This document shows, one piece after another, positions 35,160 through 51,195 of a stretch of DNA of 64,000 nt. The translations under genes and the position numbers were made by a program. The notes beneath the pieces are model-generated. The model ran no database searches. It was not told the DNA's origin and was given only the letters and a program-made list of their open reading frames with translations. The stretch's first letter is position 1. The number at the start of each line of letters is the position of its first letter. Location: positions 33,976,001 to 34,040,000 of the forward strand of contig NC_042997.1 of NCBI RefSeq assembly GCF_006345805.1. Direction: 5' to 3'. This DNA comes from Octopus sinensis (lineage: Eukaryota).

Positions 35160-36049
35160 TAAACATATAAAATATATTTATAAGTCGTTTTAAAAATGTC
35201 ATACATTTGTTTAAATGTCATTCAATGTACAGAAAAAAAATGTCTTTCTAATATTTGAAATAGAAAATAGAAAATGCGCAAGCACATTAATAAGAAACTG
35301 CATAATATTCCCTCCCTAATCTCAGTATTTATGTAGTTAACTGATATACAGATGAAGCGATATGGGAACATGGAGACACTGACAATTTGAAGTCGTTAAA
35401 AACAATCCAAAAATAAGATATAAAATCTAATATCTTTCTCTTCGACTTCAAATTTAAGATACATACTCATAAAAAGCAAGAATAATAACAAAATGACAAA
35501 GACTATTTTTCAGCAAAACTAAATGCATTGTAATTAACTGTAACGAAATGATTAAAACTGGCAGTTTTAATTACATACAAACAAACGCAGGCCTAACACA
35601 TACGTATGTACATAGATCGGTGCGTATTCATAGATATATATATGTAGAGAGAGACATACATGCATAGGTACATACAAATTTGAATATATACATGCATATA
35701 TATATATATATATACATACAAACTTACATGTATACGTAGGAACACATGATTACACACATATACTTACATACTTACATACGTTCATACATATACAGATGGG
35801 CACAAACACGCATTCGCACGTATATAACTTTGTATGTATACACACATACACACACACATACACCTATGGACATATATATGTATATTTACATACTTACTTG
35901 CATATATATATATTTATATATATGTATGTAAATATAAATGTATATATATATATTGTTATGTGTATATTCGAAGGTTATATACACATGTATTTATATGCAT
36001 CCCACACATGCGCGGCCGCACACACACACACATATACATAATAAATGTA

Positions 36050-36099
<50 letters not shown>

Positions 36100-36181
36100 C
36101 ACATACTTACAAATGTATATATAAATACATGCATATATGTGTGTATACATTCATGCTTGCTTACCTACATATATATATAAT

Positions 36182-36236
<55 letters not shown>

Positions 36237-38149
36237 ACACGCACATACATACACGCATCTACCCACACAGTTACACACCTACTTGCACATACTCACACAC
36301 ACACGCACACTCACACACCCCCTTCTTTTGAAATATATATTGAGCTACTTCACAATTTAGCATAATGGCATTTTGTGAAGAATCTGTGAAAATTGCAATT
36401 TTAGAAAATTACTTTACATCTGTAAAAATATCGTTTTTATTACTTTGCATTATTTGTTTATTTATACATTTATTAGCTATCCATTATTAAAGAAAAATAA
36501 TTATTTCTTTTATTACTTATGACTAATTCCGAAAATAAATTTCAAAATACACTTGAAACGCATTTTAGAACGTTAGAAGTAGCAGAGTCGTGAGTTGGTA
36601 AATTCGCCGTCGGCATTGTGTTGGCTTCTTTGACAAGAAGCTGTCATTTGTACATGACACTGAAATAGAGTAAAACAGATCTGTTCCCTCGTTGGCATTA
36701 CTAGGTGAACTTAAAGTGGTACTTCATTCCAACAATTTCTTTTTGTAGTTGACGTGTGAGAGTTTGTGATTTTCATGCCTTTTACGAGATCAAAACGAAC
36801 ACGCGTAGGAGTATTTACTTTATGCAATTGTTTTGCTCGGCCTGCTGAAAATGCAACCAAATATCTTTCTCTTTCATCGTGTCTTAAAAAAAACGTGAAA
36901 GTTACAACGATTAGTGAAGCTCTAGATTGAGTATGTACGAATATATATGAGAGGATGGGCACGGATGGAAATCTTTCCATTGTAGATCTGCTTATCAAGA
37001 CTGAATTGTGACTAAACATTAAGAATAAGAAAACCAGATTAGATCTGTATGTCTTAAGTCACATAAATCTCAACAAAAGTACCTCTCCAAGCTGTGCGCA
37101 TGATAAATATATAAATTTGAACTGCAATATTGCTTTCCAATTTTGGCACAACGCCAGCAATTTCTGGAAAGTGACTAAGTCAATAACATCGACCCTAGTA
37201 CTCAACTGGTGGTTATTTTATCGGTCATGAAAAGATGAAAGGTAAAGTCGACCTCGGCAGAATTTGAACTCAGAACGACAGACGAACGTTTCTGTCAGTA
37301 GCTCGCTGCCTTAAATTGAACTGCAATATTAAATGAACAAAGCTGTTGTGAATTATCGAGGTCAGCTTTCCTTTTCCCTTTTCGGGAGATTGATAAAATA
37401 CAGTAGACAAGTACTGAAATCGGTTAAATCGCATAACCAACTTTAGTCTTAGTATATATTTTAATTAATGATCACATATCCATCATTGTACATAATATCC
37501 CACATTGTTTATTTATCCCACCTCAAAAATGAGCAGTTACCTCCCATGTCCTGAATAATAACTATCACCAATTACCCCCACTTACATTTTTTCTTCTTGT
37601 TAATTCATTCACAAGCTTTTATACAAGATCATGGACTAAAATCTTAAGAAATTGCGAAATTACAATAATTTCAATGTCATGATTAGGGAAAGCGAAACCG
37701 GTCGACAACCGCAATACTCTTCCATTTAAAATATATTTAAACTTTGTAAACCGTGTGCGTTTTCCTTCTTATATATATGTATATATATCTCACACAGGTC
37801 TAGACAAGATTTTTTTGTGGAAGACTGGTGATTGTCTATGGGTACAATCTCCTTTCTTCACGCCATGGAATTTAATCTAAGGGAAAGATCCCCGATGCAG
37901 CTTGGAACATTGACGCCACAGGTCTTGTTGGAATGCAAACAATCGGATCAGCTACAACAATTAATCTTGCACGACTCCTCGAAACATTTTTCCAATCCAC
38001 CAGTCTGGGTTGATACTTTTGTGTCAACTCCGAAAGGATGAAAATTAAAGTTGACTCCAACGGGACTTGGCCGTAAAGGTTTGGAAAAAATACTGCAAGG
38101 TATTTTATTCAAGGCGTTTACCAATGACTCTTCCACTTCGTCCCCTTCA

Positions 38150-38365
38150 GTACGGAAGTAGTGAAGGGGATGGATGAAGACAAGAGGTTGGCTCTGGACT
38201 TGGGCAGCTCACGTTTTCTTTGTGCTTCTGCAATCCTGATCTCTTCGTAGGAGGTGGTACCTCTGTTGGTATAGTTACGCTAGGCAGGGCGGTCATGTGC
38301 TTACATTTCCACGTTGTTGGGGTTGATCTGAAAGTACTTCAGTGAGGCTCTGAGTAGGACTAAAT
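38150..38365 (-). mobile_element. RTE-BovB-like ORF2 C-terminal fragment
   Basis: LRASLKYFQINP..AHDRPA..SYEEIRIAEAQRKRELPKSRA. Confidence 0.65.
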
Positions 38366-39469
38366 TCTTTTCGTAGTGGGACTAAATTCCATCTTCTTGA
38401 ACGAATATTGTAAGACAGAATAACACTTCAAGGTACATATTCAACGAATTGGCCGTCGTTTCATTTAGGCTGTGGAGATGGTACACCGTTGATCTGTTTA
38501 GCTGTGGCTTGATAAAATATGGAGTATTACTAAATAACATCTTTTCTTTCTTCTTGGGCTTTCGACTGCCGATGGAGCCATAGGGACAACATCGTGGCAT
38601 ATATCGTGCCTTTGACAATTTGAAACTTGCAGAGTCTATCCCTACTTGTTCTGGTTTTTTGTTGTTGTTGTTGTTGTTGTTGTTCTTCTTCTTCTTCTTC
38701 TTCTTCTTCTTCTAGAAAGTGAGAGATGGAGGGAGAGAGGGAGAGAGAAACAGAGGAGGGAGAATAAATGATTCCAGCACTATAAAGATGCTTTACTTAT
38801 CGACCTCGAAAAAAATGAATGTCATGGTTAACTTAGGATTAGAACTCACAATGTAGAGAGCTGGAAATAATGCTGCAGGGCTTTCTATCCGATACCCTAA
38901 AGGTTCTGTCAACTTGCCACCTACTTATTAACTGAGGGTCACCCCCACTAAACAAAATACAAACAAAACCTCCCCAAAAAACAAACAAACAAATAAAAGA
39001 ACTAAAACAAATAAACAAACAAACGGCAAATCGAAACACTTTGAGAAGCAATTAATTATTTAAAATGAGTAGATAAAATATTTAGCTGTATCTTCTATAT
39101 TATTCTTGCTTAATTATTTTATTTTTGCTTCACTTTGTTTAAGAGGAAACAAAACATTGAAGCAAAAGTTATCTTGCAATACTCTAGTGTAGCCTTCAAC
39201 ATGGGAGAAAAGCAAACTAAATCGGAATGCAGATAAATTCTTTTTAGAATTTAGTCTGAAGATGTGATAGATAATTGAAAGAAGGACGGTATTATACTTC
39301 TGTCATGATGTCGAATTCATTACAGAAAGACTTGAACTGACATGAGACATATACAGGCTAATGAATAATTCGTTAATTTTACAGCATTGCGGTTGCTTTT
39401 AGAGACTAGTTGCTGATGTTTAGACACAAGGTAGTCTTTATCGAGCATACTTATGCTGGAAGACGTCAA

Positions 39470-39845
39470 ATAGTAATTAGCAAATCAAGGCTCTCACGCC
39501 AAGTTTTATTCAATGAACTCACCTTAGGGAAAGACCACAGAATTGCCTTCTTCGAAAATCAAGGACCAACTCAAAACAACACTGAAAGCCGCTGGAATGG
39601 GGCCTAAATAATTTGAAACATAAACCCAAGAGTGTGGCACGTGGCGGTGTTTCATCATTATAGGAACCAAAATCTTTGAAGCCACCAGAAGAGAAAACGA
39701 AGAAATCAAACGATAGGAGAGAAAGACTCGACAAAATCAAGGTTCATCCTTCACCAACATTGCCATGCAGCCAATGTCTTTGACTCTTCTATGCAAGAAT
39801 TGGTCTACAGAGTCATCAATACTATCACCGTAAAGGAAGCGTTCA
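39470..39845 (+). mobile_element. RTE-BovB-like ORF2 C-terminal fragment
   Basis: SRLSRQVLFNEL..KDQLKTTLKAAG..ARIGLQSH. Confidence 0.65.
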
Positions 39846-39991
39846 ACAGAAAAAAGAACTAAATTCTCGGATCCGAGATAAAACCTCCGCCGCCGCTGCC
39901 GATACCGAAAGCCGTCAAATAGTAATTATCTATTTCGTTTTGGGATTTGGTTTGCAAGATTCTTTATATGAGTTCGTGAGTTGAAGCATAT

Positions 39992-40207
39992 TCTGTTGTG
40001 TCTAGGGAGAGTAATTTTCTTTTTGTGCCTTATAATGAAGCACACTCACCGGTAAAATTTCCACAATAGTCAAGACTATTGAAAAGGTTGCAAGACGCAA
40101 CGAAAATTATAGGAAAATCAAAATAAGAAATAAGTGGAAATTTTTCCGGTGAGTGTGTTTACATTATAAGGCATAAAAAGAAAATGACTCTCCCCAGACA
40201 CAACAGA
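39992..40207. repeat. Fold-back: ~73-bp inverted arms with a ~70-nt spacer
   Basis: Arms at 39992-40064 and 40134-40207. A non-inverted homologue lies at about 56060-56200. Confidence 0.85.
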
Positions 40208-40254
40208 GTAATTATCTAGTCTTATCTTTTTCAAATACAATGTATCTAGGATTA

Positions 40255-40664
40255 GGATCTTTTCGGTTTGAACGGCAGTTTTTTCTAGCGGTGTCATATG
40301 AAATTGTCACCCATAATTATGACCCTAGTATCGATCTATTGCATTTCAATCTGTTCTAGGGTTACGGTTAGTTAGGGTTAGGGTTAGGGGTGGGGGGAAG
40401 GGTATCTTTTTTTCTTCAGAAATGTAAATAAACCCACTCTGTTTCTTAAACGAGCACAGAATGTTTTCACCTCCAATAGACATCATTGATTGGTTGAAAT
40501 TGCAGAAATTGAAGAAAAAAAATATCTTACTAACTATAGAATTTTCTCAATAAAGCCACGAGAAAAAGATGTTTTATAAATATTCTACCAGTATACGAAG
40601 TTTAAAAGTGTTTAGTTAAGTGGAAATTATTTTTTAAAAAATGCCGTTCAAACCGAAATTATCC
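40255..40664. mobile_element. Merlin-like MITE (8-bp TSD TAGGATTA), inverted relative to the 27654 copy
   Basis: TSD at 40247-40254 and 40665-40672. Contains GGGTTA repeats. Confidence 0.85.
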
Positions 40665-41176
40665 TAGGATTACATTGATCAATGTCATTTCTTTTGTTAC
40701 AGTAGTGTTATGGAGAGAAAAATTGGCTGCTATTTCTAACAGGTCAAGGGATTGCGCAAAGGCTCCTCGACAGGGCTCGTATGATCAGTTATAACGTTCT
40801 AAGGTATATATTTACAGCTAGATGAGCTGAGCCGATGCACGTTAAGTAGTTTTCCTTTTTTGCCAAGGACATCGCGTTCCGCCATGGATAGAATACAACT
40901 CGCCAAGCTTTAATTTCACCAATCCACAGCTCGCAATAAATGAATTATAAATACGTAAATAAACCACACACAAATAAATAAGAATAAAGAAACGATTGCC
41001 GAAATTTAAGACTCAGCTGTGAAAATGCACAAACTCTGGCTGTGGTTACATAATATAAAGAGAGCATTCATCAGCTGTAACACTTCTATCTGCAAAAGCT
41101 TTTGTAAAGTGAATAAACCATCACTCGCCTGCACATACCACACAACAAGTTCAGCATGTAATAAAAAAAAAAAAAA

Positions 41177-41214
<38 letters not shown>

Positions 41215-41269
41215 GAAGTAGAATAAAATAAAATAAAATAAAATAAAAATCTGCACACGCACATGCCAC

Positions 41270-41500
41270 GTTCAATGTAACGGTGGCAGATTACGCGAAT
41301 GAGAGGAGGAAAAATATTCCATTGAAGATCAGGCCAGAAGAACGAGACAACTTCAAAATCAGGTGTAGCAGAGCGTGTATGGAACGATAATGGAAATCAC
41401 TAACCATTATGGAATGAAGTTTCCATTATTGACAAGGAACCACACTGGATGTGATGAAAGATCAAAAGAGTCTGCATGTAAGGGCATTATCAACGAATGC
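41270..41500 (+). mobile_element. Penelope-like GIY-YIG endonuclease remnant
   Basis: PLKIRPEE..KSGVAERVW..NH.PLWNEVSIIDKEPHW. Confidence 0.65.
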
Positions 41501-41845
41501 CATTAGTAAATGTTGCACATACTTCAAAATCAATATACCAATCTACATTTAGATATGTTCAAACTTGGCAGATAGGCAGAAGAAGAAGGGACACTGGAGT
41601 AGTTCAAATAGTCGTTTCAATTGTAAATAAAGTTTATAAAATGAACACTTTTTCAAGCACATCTTCATTACACACACACACACATAAGCATAGTTGCACA
41701 CACACAAGCATAGTCACACACACAGAGGCATAGTCACACACACACAGGCATAGTCACACACACACACAGGCATAGTCACACACACACAAGGATAGTCACA
41801 CATACACACAAGCATAATCACACACACATACACACAGAGGCATTA

Positions 41846-41881
<36 letters not shown>

Positions 41882-42494
41882 ACACACATACACACACACG
41901 CACACACATGCATGGATACACACACGCTATGAAAGTCACTTATTGTAATCACTGAGAACATTAGAAACCGGTTATTGGTCTCAGTCTTATACAATTATGT
42001 TGGCTGTTTAATATTATCAGCTGGTTATTATTATCGAAAAATACTCGTCCCAAAATTGTATCACTGTATCACTGTATATATACACTCGAATATATTAGTG
42101 CGTCTTGGAGTGACTGCAGTAATGTATAATATTTTATAATATAAATATTTGGTAAAAACCAATCGTCGAGTTTTCTCGCATTTGTGCAAACCAATCACGG
42201 CACCCAACACGATTTAACATTCGTACCCGTACAGAACTTGTGAATGAAGTATTTTGCAGGCCGATAAACCCATACGTATTCATGTCAAGGTGTTCATAGG
42301 AATGCATATATAATGAATCATTGCTTAGTTTTCCGGCAATGATTTACAAAACGTTTTTTTTCATGCCTTAGTGTGTCTTTTCTAATTGTGCTACCAATTC
42401 ATTTCCACTTTTTCTTAAATATTTGCTCCCTAATCGAAACTTGATTTGTTCTTTGCCATAGCTCCATATTGCTTATGTGTTCGGGCCATCTAAT

Positions 42495-42610
42495 TTTAAG
42501 TATACTACGCAAACATCTGTTGACAAATTGTTGCGTAAAGAACAAGCCGGATTTAGGAAGAATCGTTCATGTGTAGATCAAATCGCCACTCTTCGCATCA
42601 TCGTAGAGCA
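42495..42610 (+). mobile_element. LINE RT fragment (RTE-like)
   Basis: LLRKEQAGFRKNRSCVDQIATLRIIVEQ. Confidence 0.75.
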
Positions 42611-42859
42611 AAGATGTATAAAAAAACGTATACATCTCTCAATAATGAATGATATCAGTGACTGGAAGACTGGCATGACATATTTCTATAGTGGGATGAT
42701 TTTTCACGAAATATTTAGAATGGCCTTGCACCATGCCGGTGTAAGCGCCATCAAGCTTTACCCTACTTATTTGGAGAGTGTCCTATCACTGATTTGACAG
42801 CGTCAGGGATGAAGTCCCCCTTAAAAACATAAGTTAGCTTGATTTTTAGATGACATTGA

Positions 42860-43621
42860 AAACATCAAGAACAATCTATGCTTTAGCGAGATGAAGTTTT
42901 ACATCCTTTACTGTGGGTACGATGCTAATTCTAAGTATGTGAGGGAGTCTACAAATTTCAGAGGGATTTGTTTGTACTTACTGAGCCCATTAATTATAGC
43001 AGATGTACTCACTCACTCCTTGTCACACTGATATAAAAACCAATATCTTTTGTTGTGAGGATGACAGCTGCTATGATGATGTCTGTGGCGACAGCAATAT
43101 CATGGGCGTAATCTGTGTCTGTTATTATGAGATTTGGTGGTGAGAGAAATCGGATTTTGTTAGAGTGAAGCTGAGTTTTAAAATTTTATCACTTTGTAAA
43201 TTTAAGTGTGAAGGGGTAGTCTAGGCAGATGATAAATATTAGTTAAAGTGTATTGTCGTGTCGAAAAAGTCGGCTTTTCTATCGGTTGTATTTTAACTCT
43301 TGAGTTCTGGTAGATCATAATTACTCCTGTTATTACTTTTTGAAGTAAATCGTATGTAAGAAGAATTGCTCCATTTTGCTTGTGTAGATAGAATCGAATT
43401 CTTTTGAGACGTCTACAAAAAGTACAACTGCTTGTAGATTTTTAACTCTGACGACGTCAGTGTTTCATCTAAGAGTTAAGAAATGTCTAGCAGAAGTTTT
43501 GGTTTCCTCATTTGATCTCCTCGAGTTCTGGCTGTATGCGATTCAGCGACTATTTGTTGTGGACATTTGCTGCTGTCACAAAAGTGTAATTCCAATGTAA
43601 ATTTTAGCCACAGCCGCCGAA

Positions 43622-43660
<39 letters not shown>

Positions 43661-44000
43661 TATTTTTTTTGTGGGAATGGAAAAATACAATTTTTAGTTC
43701 ATTTCTCAGTAAAGAAGACTTGATACTACAAGAATATACTACTAAAAATCTTCTAGACTTCTGGTGTTATATTATCAAAGCCAGACGACTTTCTATTTTC
43801 AGTCTTTTTCAATATTTTAATAAGGTCTTTTAATGCGAATTCATCAAGTTTGATGTTATGTTCATGTTTAATAGCAGTTGGTATGGGTAAGATTTGAAAC
43901 TACCAGGTGAATTACCGAGAGAATTCTGAAAATCTTATTTCTACTTGTTTAGTCTTTCCTGCAGACTTATGGCTTTTAGTTTCAATTTATTCGTACTTTT
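42860..44000 (-). mobile_element. Degraded LINE RT (RTE-like)
   Basis: NRKSSGFDNITPEV, ITDTDYAHDIAV (YADD) and VDSLTYL motifs occur in order on the minus strand. Confidence 0.6.
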
Positions 44001-44171
44001 CCTGCCATTAGTTTCATTGGTAGTTTGCTATGCAAGGGAAGATTGTTTGTTTGCTTCTCTATCCGCAATCAAATTTATTTTGCTTTTAATATATTTCTGT
44101 TGTTTGATTTCATATGTGTAAGTCCTGCTGTGTTTTTATATCACTAAATTAAAAGCACAGCATGAACTTCC

Positions 44172-44246
<75 letters not shown>

Positions 44247-44267
44247 CAAGTATATGAGTGTATGTGT

Positions 44268-44298
<31 letters not shown>

Positions 44299-44559
44299 AG
44301 TGTATGTATGCATGTATGCATGTATGTATGTATATGTAAGTAATGAAATGAAATAAACTAACAACCAACCAATGGCAGCATCTCAGTATGGGCACAGCCT
44401 ATGGCTGAATTAACTTAAGTTAAAAGTAAAGTAAAAGTATGCATACATACGTACATACATAATACATACATAATACATACATATATAAATATACATGCAC
44501 ACGTACATGTATGCACACACATATATACATATATATATTTATATAACTGGTTTAAGACT

Positions 44560-45000
44560 ATGTGCTGAGAATACTGTTGTACTCCGTTTCAAATAATGCT
44601 GGAGTCGAAGCCTCTTCAGTCAGTGATTTAGTTCTGTAGATGTTTCAGCTCCTTTCGCTGCAACAACAGAGGTACTCGGGGATTCCAGTAATGTCGATGG
44701 CAAGACTCGTGCGCAACAGCACAAAATTCGGATGTTGTAGATCTGAGCCAGATAACTCTGTTAACGTTATCTTAGTGAACAGAAGTTCCTTCACTGTACG
44801 TAACGCACTATTCGACCCCTCCCTCGAGACTGATGTAGTGCCTTGATTTCCCCGTGGCTTCTAGCAATTTAATTGAAAAGGAGTTTCTTTCCTCTGCAAG
44901 TAGCCCAAGGCTCCTGAGAAACGAACGAACACTTGTCGCAGCAATTCTACTACACCTACCTTCACAGGAAAGTATGTTGCCTTTCGCAAAGCTTACCCTG
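44560..45000 (-). mobile_element. HERO/R2-type restriction-like endonuclease C-terminus plus 3' UTR
   Basis: CEGRCSRIAATSVRSFLRSLGLLAEERNSFSIKLLEAT resembles the recalled EVGCRGF.A.S..FL..LG...ER.....L.EA motif. Confidence 0.55.
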
Positions 45001-45036
45001 CTCACTCTACCTTCTGTCTTTCATGTCAAACATATC

Positions 45037-45265
45037 TATTTGTTTATTAACCACAAGGGGCTAAACACAGAGGGGACAAACAAGGACAGACATAGGTATT
45101 AAGTCGATTACATCGACCCCAGTGCGTAACTGGTACTTAATTTACCGACCCCGAAAGGATGAAAGGCAAATTCGACCTCGGCGGAATTTGAACTCACAAC
45201 GTAACGCAGACGAAATACCGCTAAGCATTTCGCCCGGCATGCTAACGTTTCTGCCAGCACGCCAC
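45037..45265 (-). mobile_element. SINE family A
   Basis: Matches other family A copies. Confidence 0.85.
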
Positions 45266-45854
45266 TAACGTTTGCCTCTCCTGGGAGATGGGCAATAGTT
45301 GTCGATTTGACATTTACTATTTTTGCTACTTTCCTTTCTTAGACGACGGAACGAACTCAGGTCTTTTAGTAGCAAAAAACAAAAAAAGGGAAGTGTTGTT
45401 TACCACCAAAATTAATTAACGTCTCTCACCTCTCAGTCCATTCCATTCTCCACTAATTGTTGTCTCCCGCCTTTATGAATTATTTTTATTCTCTCCCTCG
45501 CTGCATCTGTCAGTAGTCTATATACTTGATTATTCCACTATGTGTGTTCGAAGCCTAGAGGGCAATTGAAAGTGTGCGCTTCGTTGAGTCAACACATCTA
45601 CACAGACCACATCTACACAGACCACTTCCCTCTATTTTCCAATGCCTTAGGTTCAGCGGGTTAGGAACCACGTCACAGATATATCAACCCTCCCCCCACT
45701 CAAAAAGGTCTTTCCATTTCATTTCCCGCTCAACCACAACGACATACTGTCTCTGTTCGCTACATTGCATCAAATTCCCATAGCAACTTCTGGTCTCATC
45801 CTTCATTACTTGGTTGACTACAGCATTCCGCCTCAAGATTCATGGCTTGTTATA

Positions 45855-46050
45855 GTCTATCCGGGTTGCGGATCCGTGGAATAAGCTGCCGGACGAGATG
45901 GTGAAGATGCCGACGACCGCTCGGTTCAAAGTCTCCCTTGACCACAAGTGGCCTGAACTCTTTACATGAACACCACCCTGTACATAACTCCATGTCCCCC
46001 TACATGGCCTTGCTTTTTGCTTTTTGAGCCCAAAAATTAACTAACTAAAT
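45855..46050 (+). mobile_element. CR1/L2-type LINE 3' end
   Basis: SIRVADPWNKLPDEMVKMPTTARFKVSLDHKWPELFT* followed by a (TAAC) tail. Confidence 0.75.
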
Positions 46051-46222
46051 TCGAAACTTCTGAGGCATTCCCTATTGGTCAGTGGGGATCCTACAATATC
46101 CCTATATTTTTGAGGCTCCACAAAAATTTGTGGCACCTCTGATGTCATCCTTTCATTCCAAGTTGTAAGCCCCGAAGAGGAAGAACGTATGCCATAATAG
46201 TTCAAATGACACAGCATCAATG

Positions 46223-46400
46223 CTTTTCAATGAAATTGCCAGAAGCCACGGAGAAATCAAGGTACTACATCAGTCTCGAGGGAGGGGTCGAATGGTGCGT
46301 TGTATACAGTGAAGGAACTTCTGTTCACTAAAATAAAGTTAACAGAGTTATCTGGCTCAGATCTACACCTGACAGCATTTCTTCTGCTCGAACAACTAAG
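46223..46400 (+). mobile_element. Second HERO-like 3' fragment, inverted relative to 44736-44880
   Basis: About 145 bp of high-identity reverse-complement match. Confidence 0.65.
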
Positions 46401-46419
46401 TTTCACTGTTTTTTTTTAA

Positions 46420-46744
46420 GCACTCCGTCGGAACAGTCTGCTCGTGAAATTAACGTGTAAGTGGCTGAGCACTCCACTTAACGTAGTTCTCGGGGATATT
46501 CAGCGTGACACAGAGAGTGACAAGGCCGGCCCTTTGAAATACAGGTACAACAGAAACAGGAAGTAAGAGTGAGAGAAAGTTGTGGTGAAAGAGAACAGCA
46601 GGGATCACCACCATCCCCTGCCGGAGCCTCGTGGAGCTTTAGGTGTTTTCGCTCAATAAACACTCACAACGCCCGGTCTGGGAATCGAAACCGCGATCCA
46701 ATGACCGCGAGTCCGCTGCCCTAACCACTGGGCCATTGCGCCTC
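46420..46744 (-). mobile_element. SINE family C (12-bp TSD aagtttcactgt)
   Basis: TSD at 46398-46409 and 46746-46757. Small internal deletions. Confidence 0.85.
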
Positions 46745-47039
46745 GAAGTTTCACTGTAATGTAATAATTACTTTATCTCCCGTTCGTTCATACAAACATA
46801 TATATAAAGTTTCAAGTCAACTCTGATTGAAGAAGCCCATGATCAAAGGCGTTTAAATTATGACGACCCACATTTGTTTAAAGCATAGTGCCTGAAGGAG
46901 TAAATAGTACAAAGTTTTTATCAAATTGTTTTAGATTGCAGGGCTTCATTTGACAGAAATTTGGCTAAAATTCCAAGCCAATCCAGCAATCATGTAGAGA
47001 TTGGTTCACCTGTTTTTAAAAAGTATTTTTTCGATGTTG

Positions 47040-47152
47040 TTGTTGTTATTATTATTATCATTAATATCATTATTACTCAAGTCACTGCCTGGAATCGAAC
47101 TCGGAATCTTGGGGTTAGTAGCCCGCACTCTTTAACCATTACGCCATATGCC
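47040..47152 (-). mobile_element. Short tRNA-head SINE with an (AAT/AAC)n tail
   Basis: A box TGGCGTAATGG and B box GAGTTCGATTCC. The acceptor stem does not pair, so it is not a tRNA gene. Confidence 0.55.
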
Positions 47153-47457
47153 CAATAATATTTGTTTTTCGTTTTTGTTTTTGCGGTGATTATAAAGCTT
47201 TAAAGTACACTAAAATGTTTAATCTTTTATAAAATCTTTTTATTGTCAAAACTTTAATTTCATCGTCTTACTGAATATTAACAGATTAAAAAAAAAAGAA
47301 AAGATTATGCGAACCTTACTGATTTATATGAACTATACTGTTCGATATTCTCGCAGTGTGTTAATCAGTGACTCGCTTTTACAACACCCCTAGCTCTTGT
47401 ACCTTTAGCAGAGTTCACTCTGTTTTATGTATGTGTATATATATATATATATATTCT

Positions 47458-47726
47458 TTTCTCTTTTTCTCTTTCACTTGTTACAGTCATTTGACAGCAG
47501 CCATGCTGGAGCACCGCCTTTAATCGAGCAACTCGACCCCGGGACTTATTCTTTTGTAAGCCCAGTACTTATTCTATCGGTCTCTTTTGCCGAACCGCTA
47601 AGTAACGGAGACATAAACACACCAGCATCGGTTGTCAAGCAATGCTAGGGGGACAAACACACACACGCATATATATATATACATATATACGACGGGCTTC
47701 TTTTCAGTTTCCGTCTACCAAATCCA

Positions 47727-47729
<3 letters not shown>
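47458..47729 (-). mobile_element. SINE family B, head truncated
   Basis: Matches the family B tail. Confidence 0.8.
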
Positions 47730-47776
<47 letters not shown>

Positions 47777-48131
47777 CGTACGTATGTATCACGCCCCTAA
47801 ACTCCAACATTTGCACACCTCTACAAATTTACCACCCCCAAGAAATCCCATGCACCCTTTACAACTGCACACTTGTCTCTCTATGCCGCCTCCATCACCT
47901 TGCCTAACTCCCATAGAACTGCATTTCCACGTGGTCCCTGTTCTTTCTTTCTTTCTTTCTTTCTTTCTCCTCTATATTTTCACCATTTTTTTTCTGATCG
48001 ACGACAAGCGCCTAAAACGTCAGGACTGCCAGCCTTCCTTTTAAAGCTTTAAACCAATACATTTGTTAAAACTCGTTCCCCTGGTATTTTTTTGCACGTT
48101 TTGTTCATTACCTTTGAAACACACACGCACG

Positions 48132-48175
<44 letters not shown>

Positions 48176-48196
48176 ACACACACACACACACATATA

Positions 48197-48429
48197 TATT
48201 TCTTTACTACCCACAAGGGACTAAATGCAGAGGGAACAAACTAGGACAGACAAACGGATTAAGTCGATTATATCGACCCCAGTGCGTAACTGGTACTTAT
48301 ATAATCGACCCCGAAAGGATGAAAGGCAAAGTCGACCTCGGCGGAATTTGAACTCAGAACATAACGGCAGACGAAATACGGCTACGTATTTCGCCCGGCG
48401 TGCTAACGTTTCTGCCAGCACGCCGCCTT
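48197..48429 (-). mobile_element. SINE family A
   Basis: Matches other family A copies. Confidence 0.85.
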
Positions 48430-48432
48430 AAA

Positions 48433-50420
<1,988 letters not shown>

Positions 50421-50876
50421 GGTGTGTGTATGCGTGTGCGTAAGTGTGTTTGTTGTGTGTGTTTGTGATTCTCCATTATCTTTGATCTCCGCAGAAGAAA
50501 TGGAGGAACGTCATAAAACTGGGAGGATGAAACAACTATAAGGTATATTTACTTTTATGATACCCCAACATTTGACACAAACATCATACATACATTTAGC
50601 AAAAGAAAAAGAAAGTTTCCATACCAAAGTCAGGCTATGAAAGCTTCTTACCGCGTAAGTATTTCTAATTAGTTATTTAATACTCACTACATATTTAATG
50701 CTCACTACATACGTATTTCTAATTAGTTATTTAATGCTCACTAAATATGTTAATGCTAACCTAACTCATGTTTGTGATAACATGATAAGAGTTACAGAAT
50801 TTCTAATAGCTAACATTGACCCAAGTTTTCAAAAGTTTATAGTCGGTTGTGTCTATTATGGTATACAAATAAAGGT

Positions 50877-51195
50877 GAGGGCGCGTGGCTTAGTGGTTAG
50901 GGCATTCGGCTCATGATCGTAAGGTTGTGAGTTCGATTCCCGGCGACGCGTTGTGTCCTTGAGCAAGACACTTTATTTCACGTTGCTCCAGTCCACTCAG
51001 CTGGCAAAAATGAGTTGTACTTGTATTTCAAAGGGTCAGCCTTGTCACTCTCTGTGTCACGCTGATTATCCCCGAGAACTACGTTAAGGGTACACGTGTC
51101 TGTGGAATGCTCAGCCATTTGCACGTTAATTTCACGAGCAAGCTGTTCCGTTGATCGTATCAGCTGGGACCCTCGTCGTCGTAACCGGCGGAGTC
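50877..51195 (+). mobile_element. SINE family D (own tRNA head, V/CORE-like body, family C tail)
   Basis: gtgtccttgagcaagacacttta..ctccagtccactcagctg, then the same tail as family C. Confidence 0.75.

Noticed and set aside
36575-37019. Minus-strand acceptor at 36660 and a 102-aa ORF
   Set aside because: No recognisable homology, no matching donor, and ambiguous frame.
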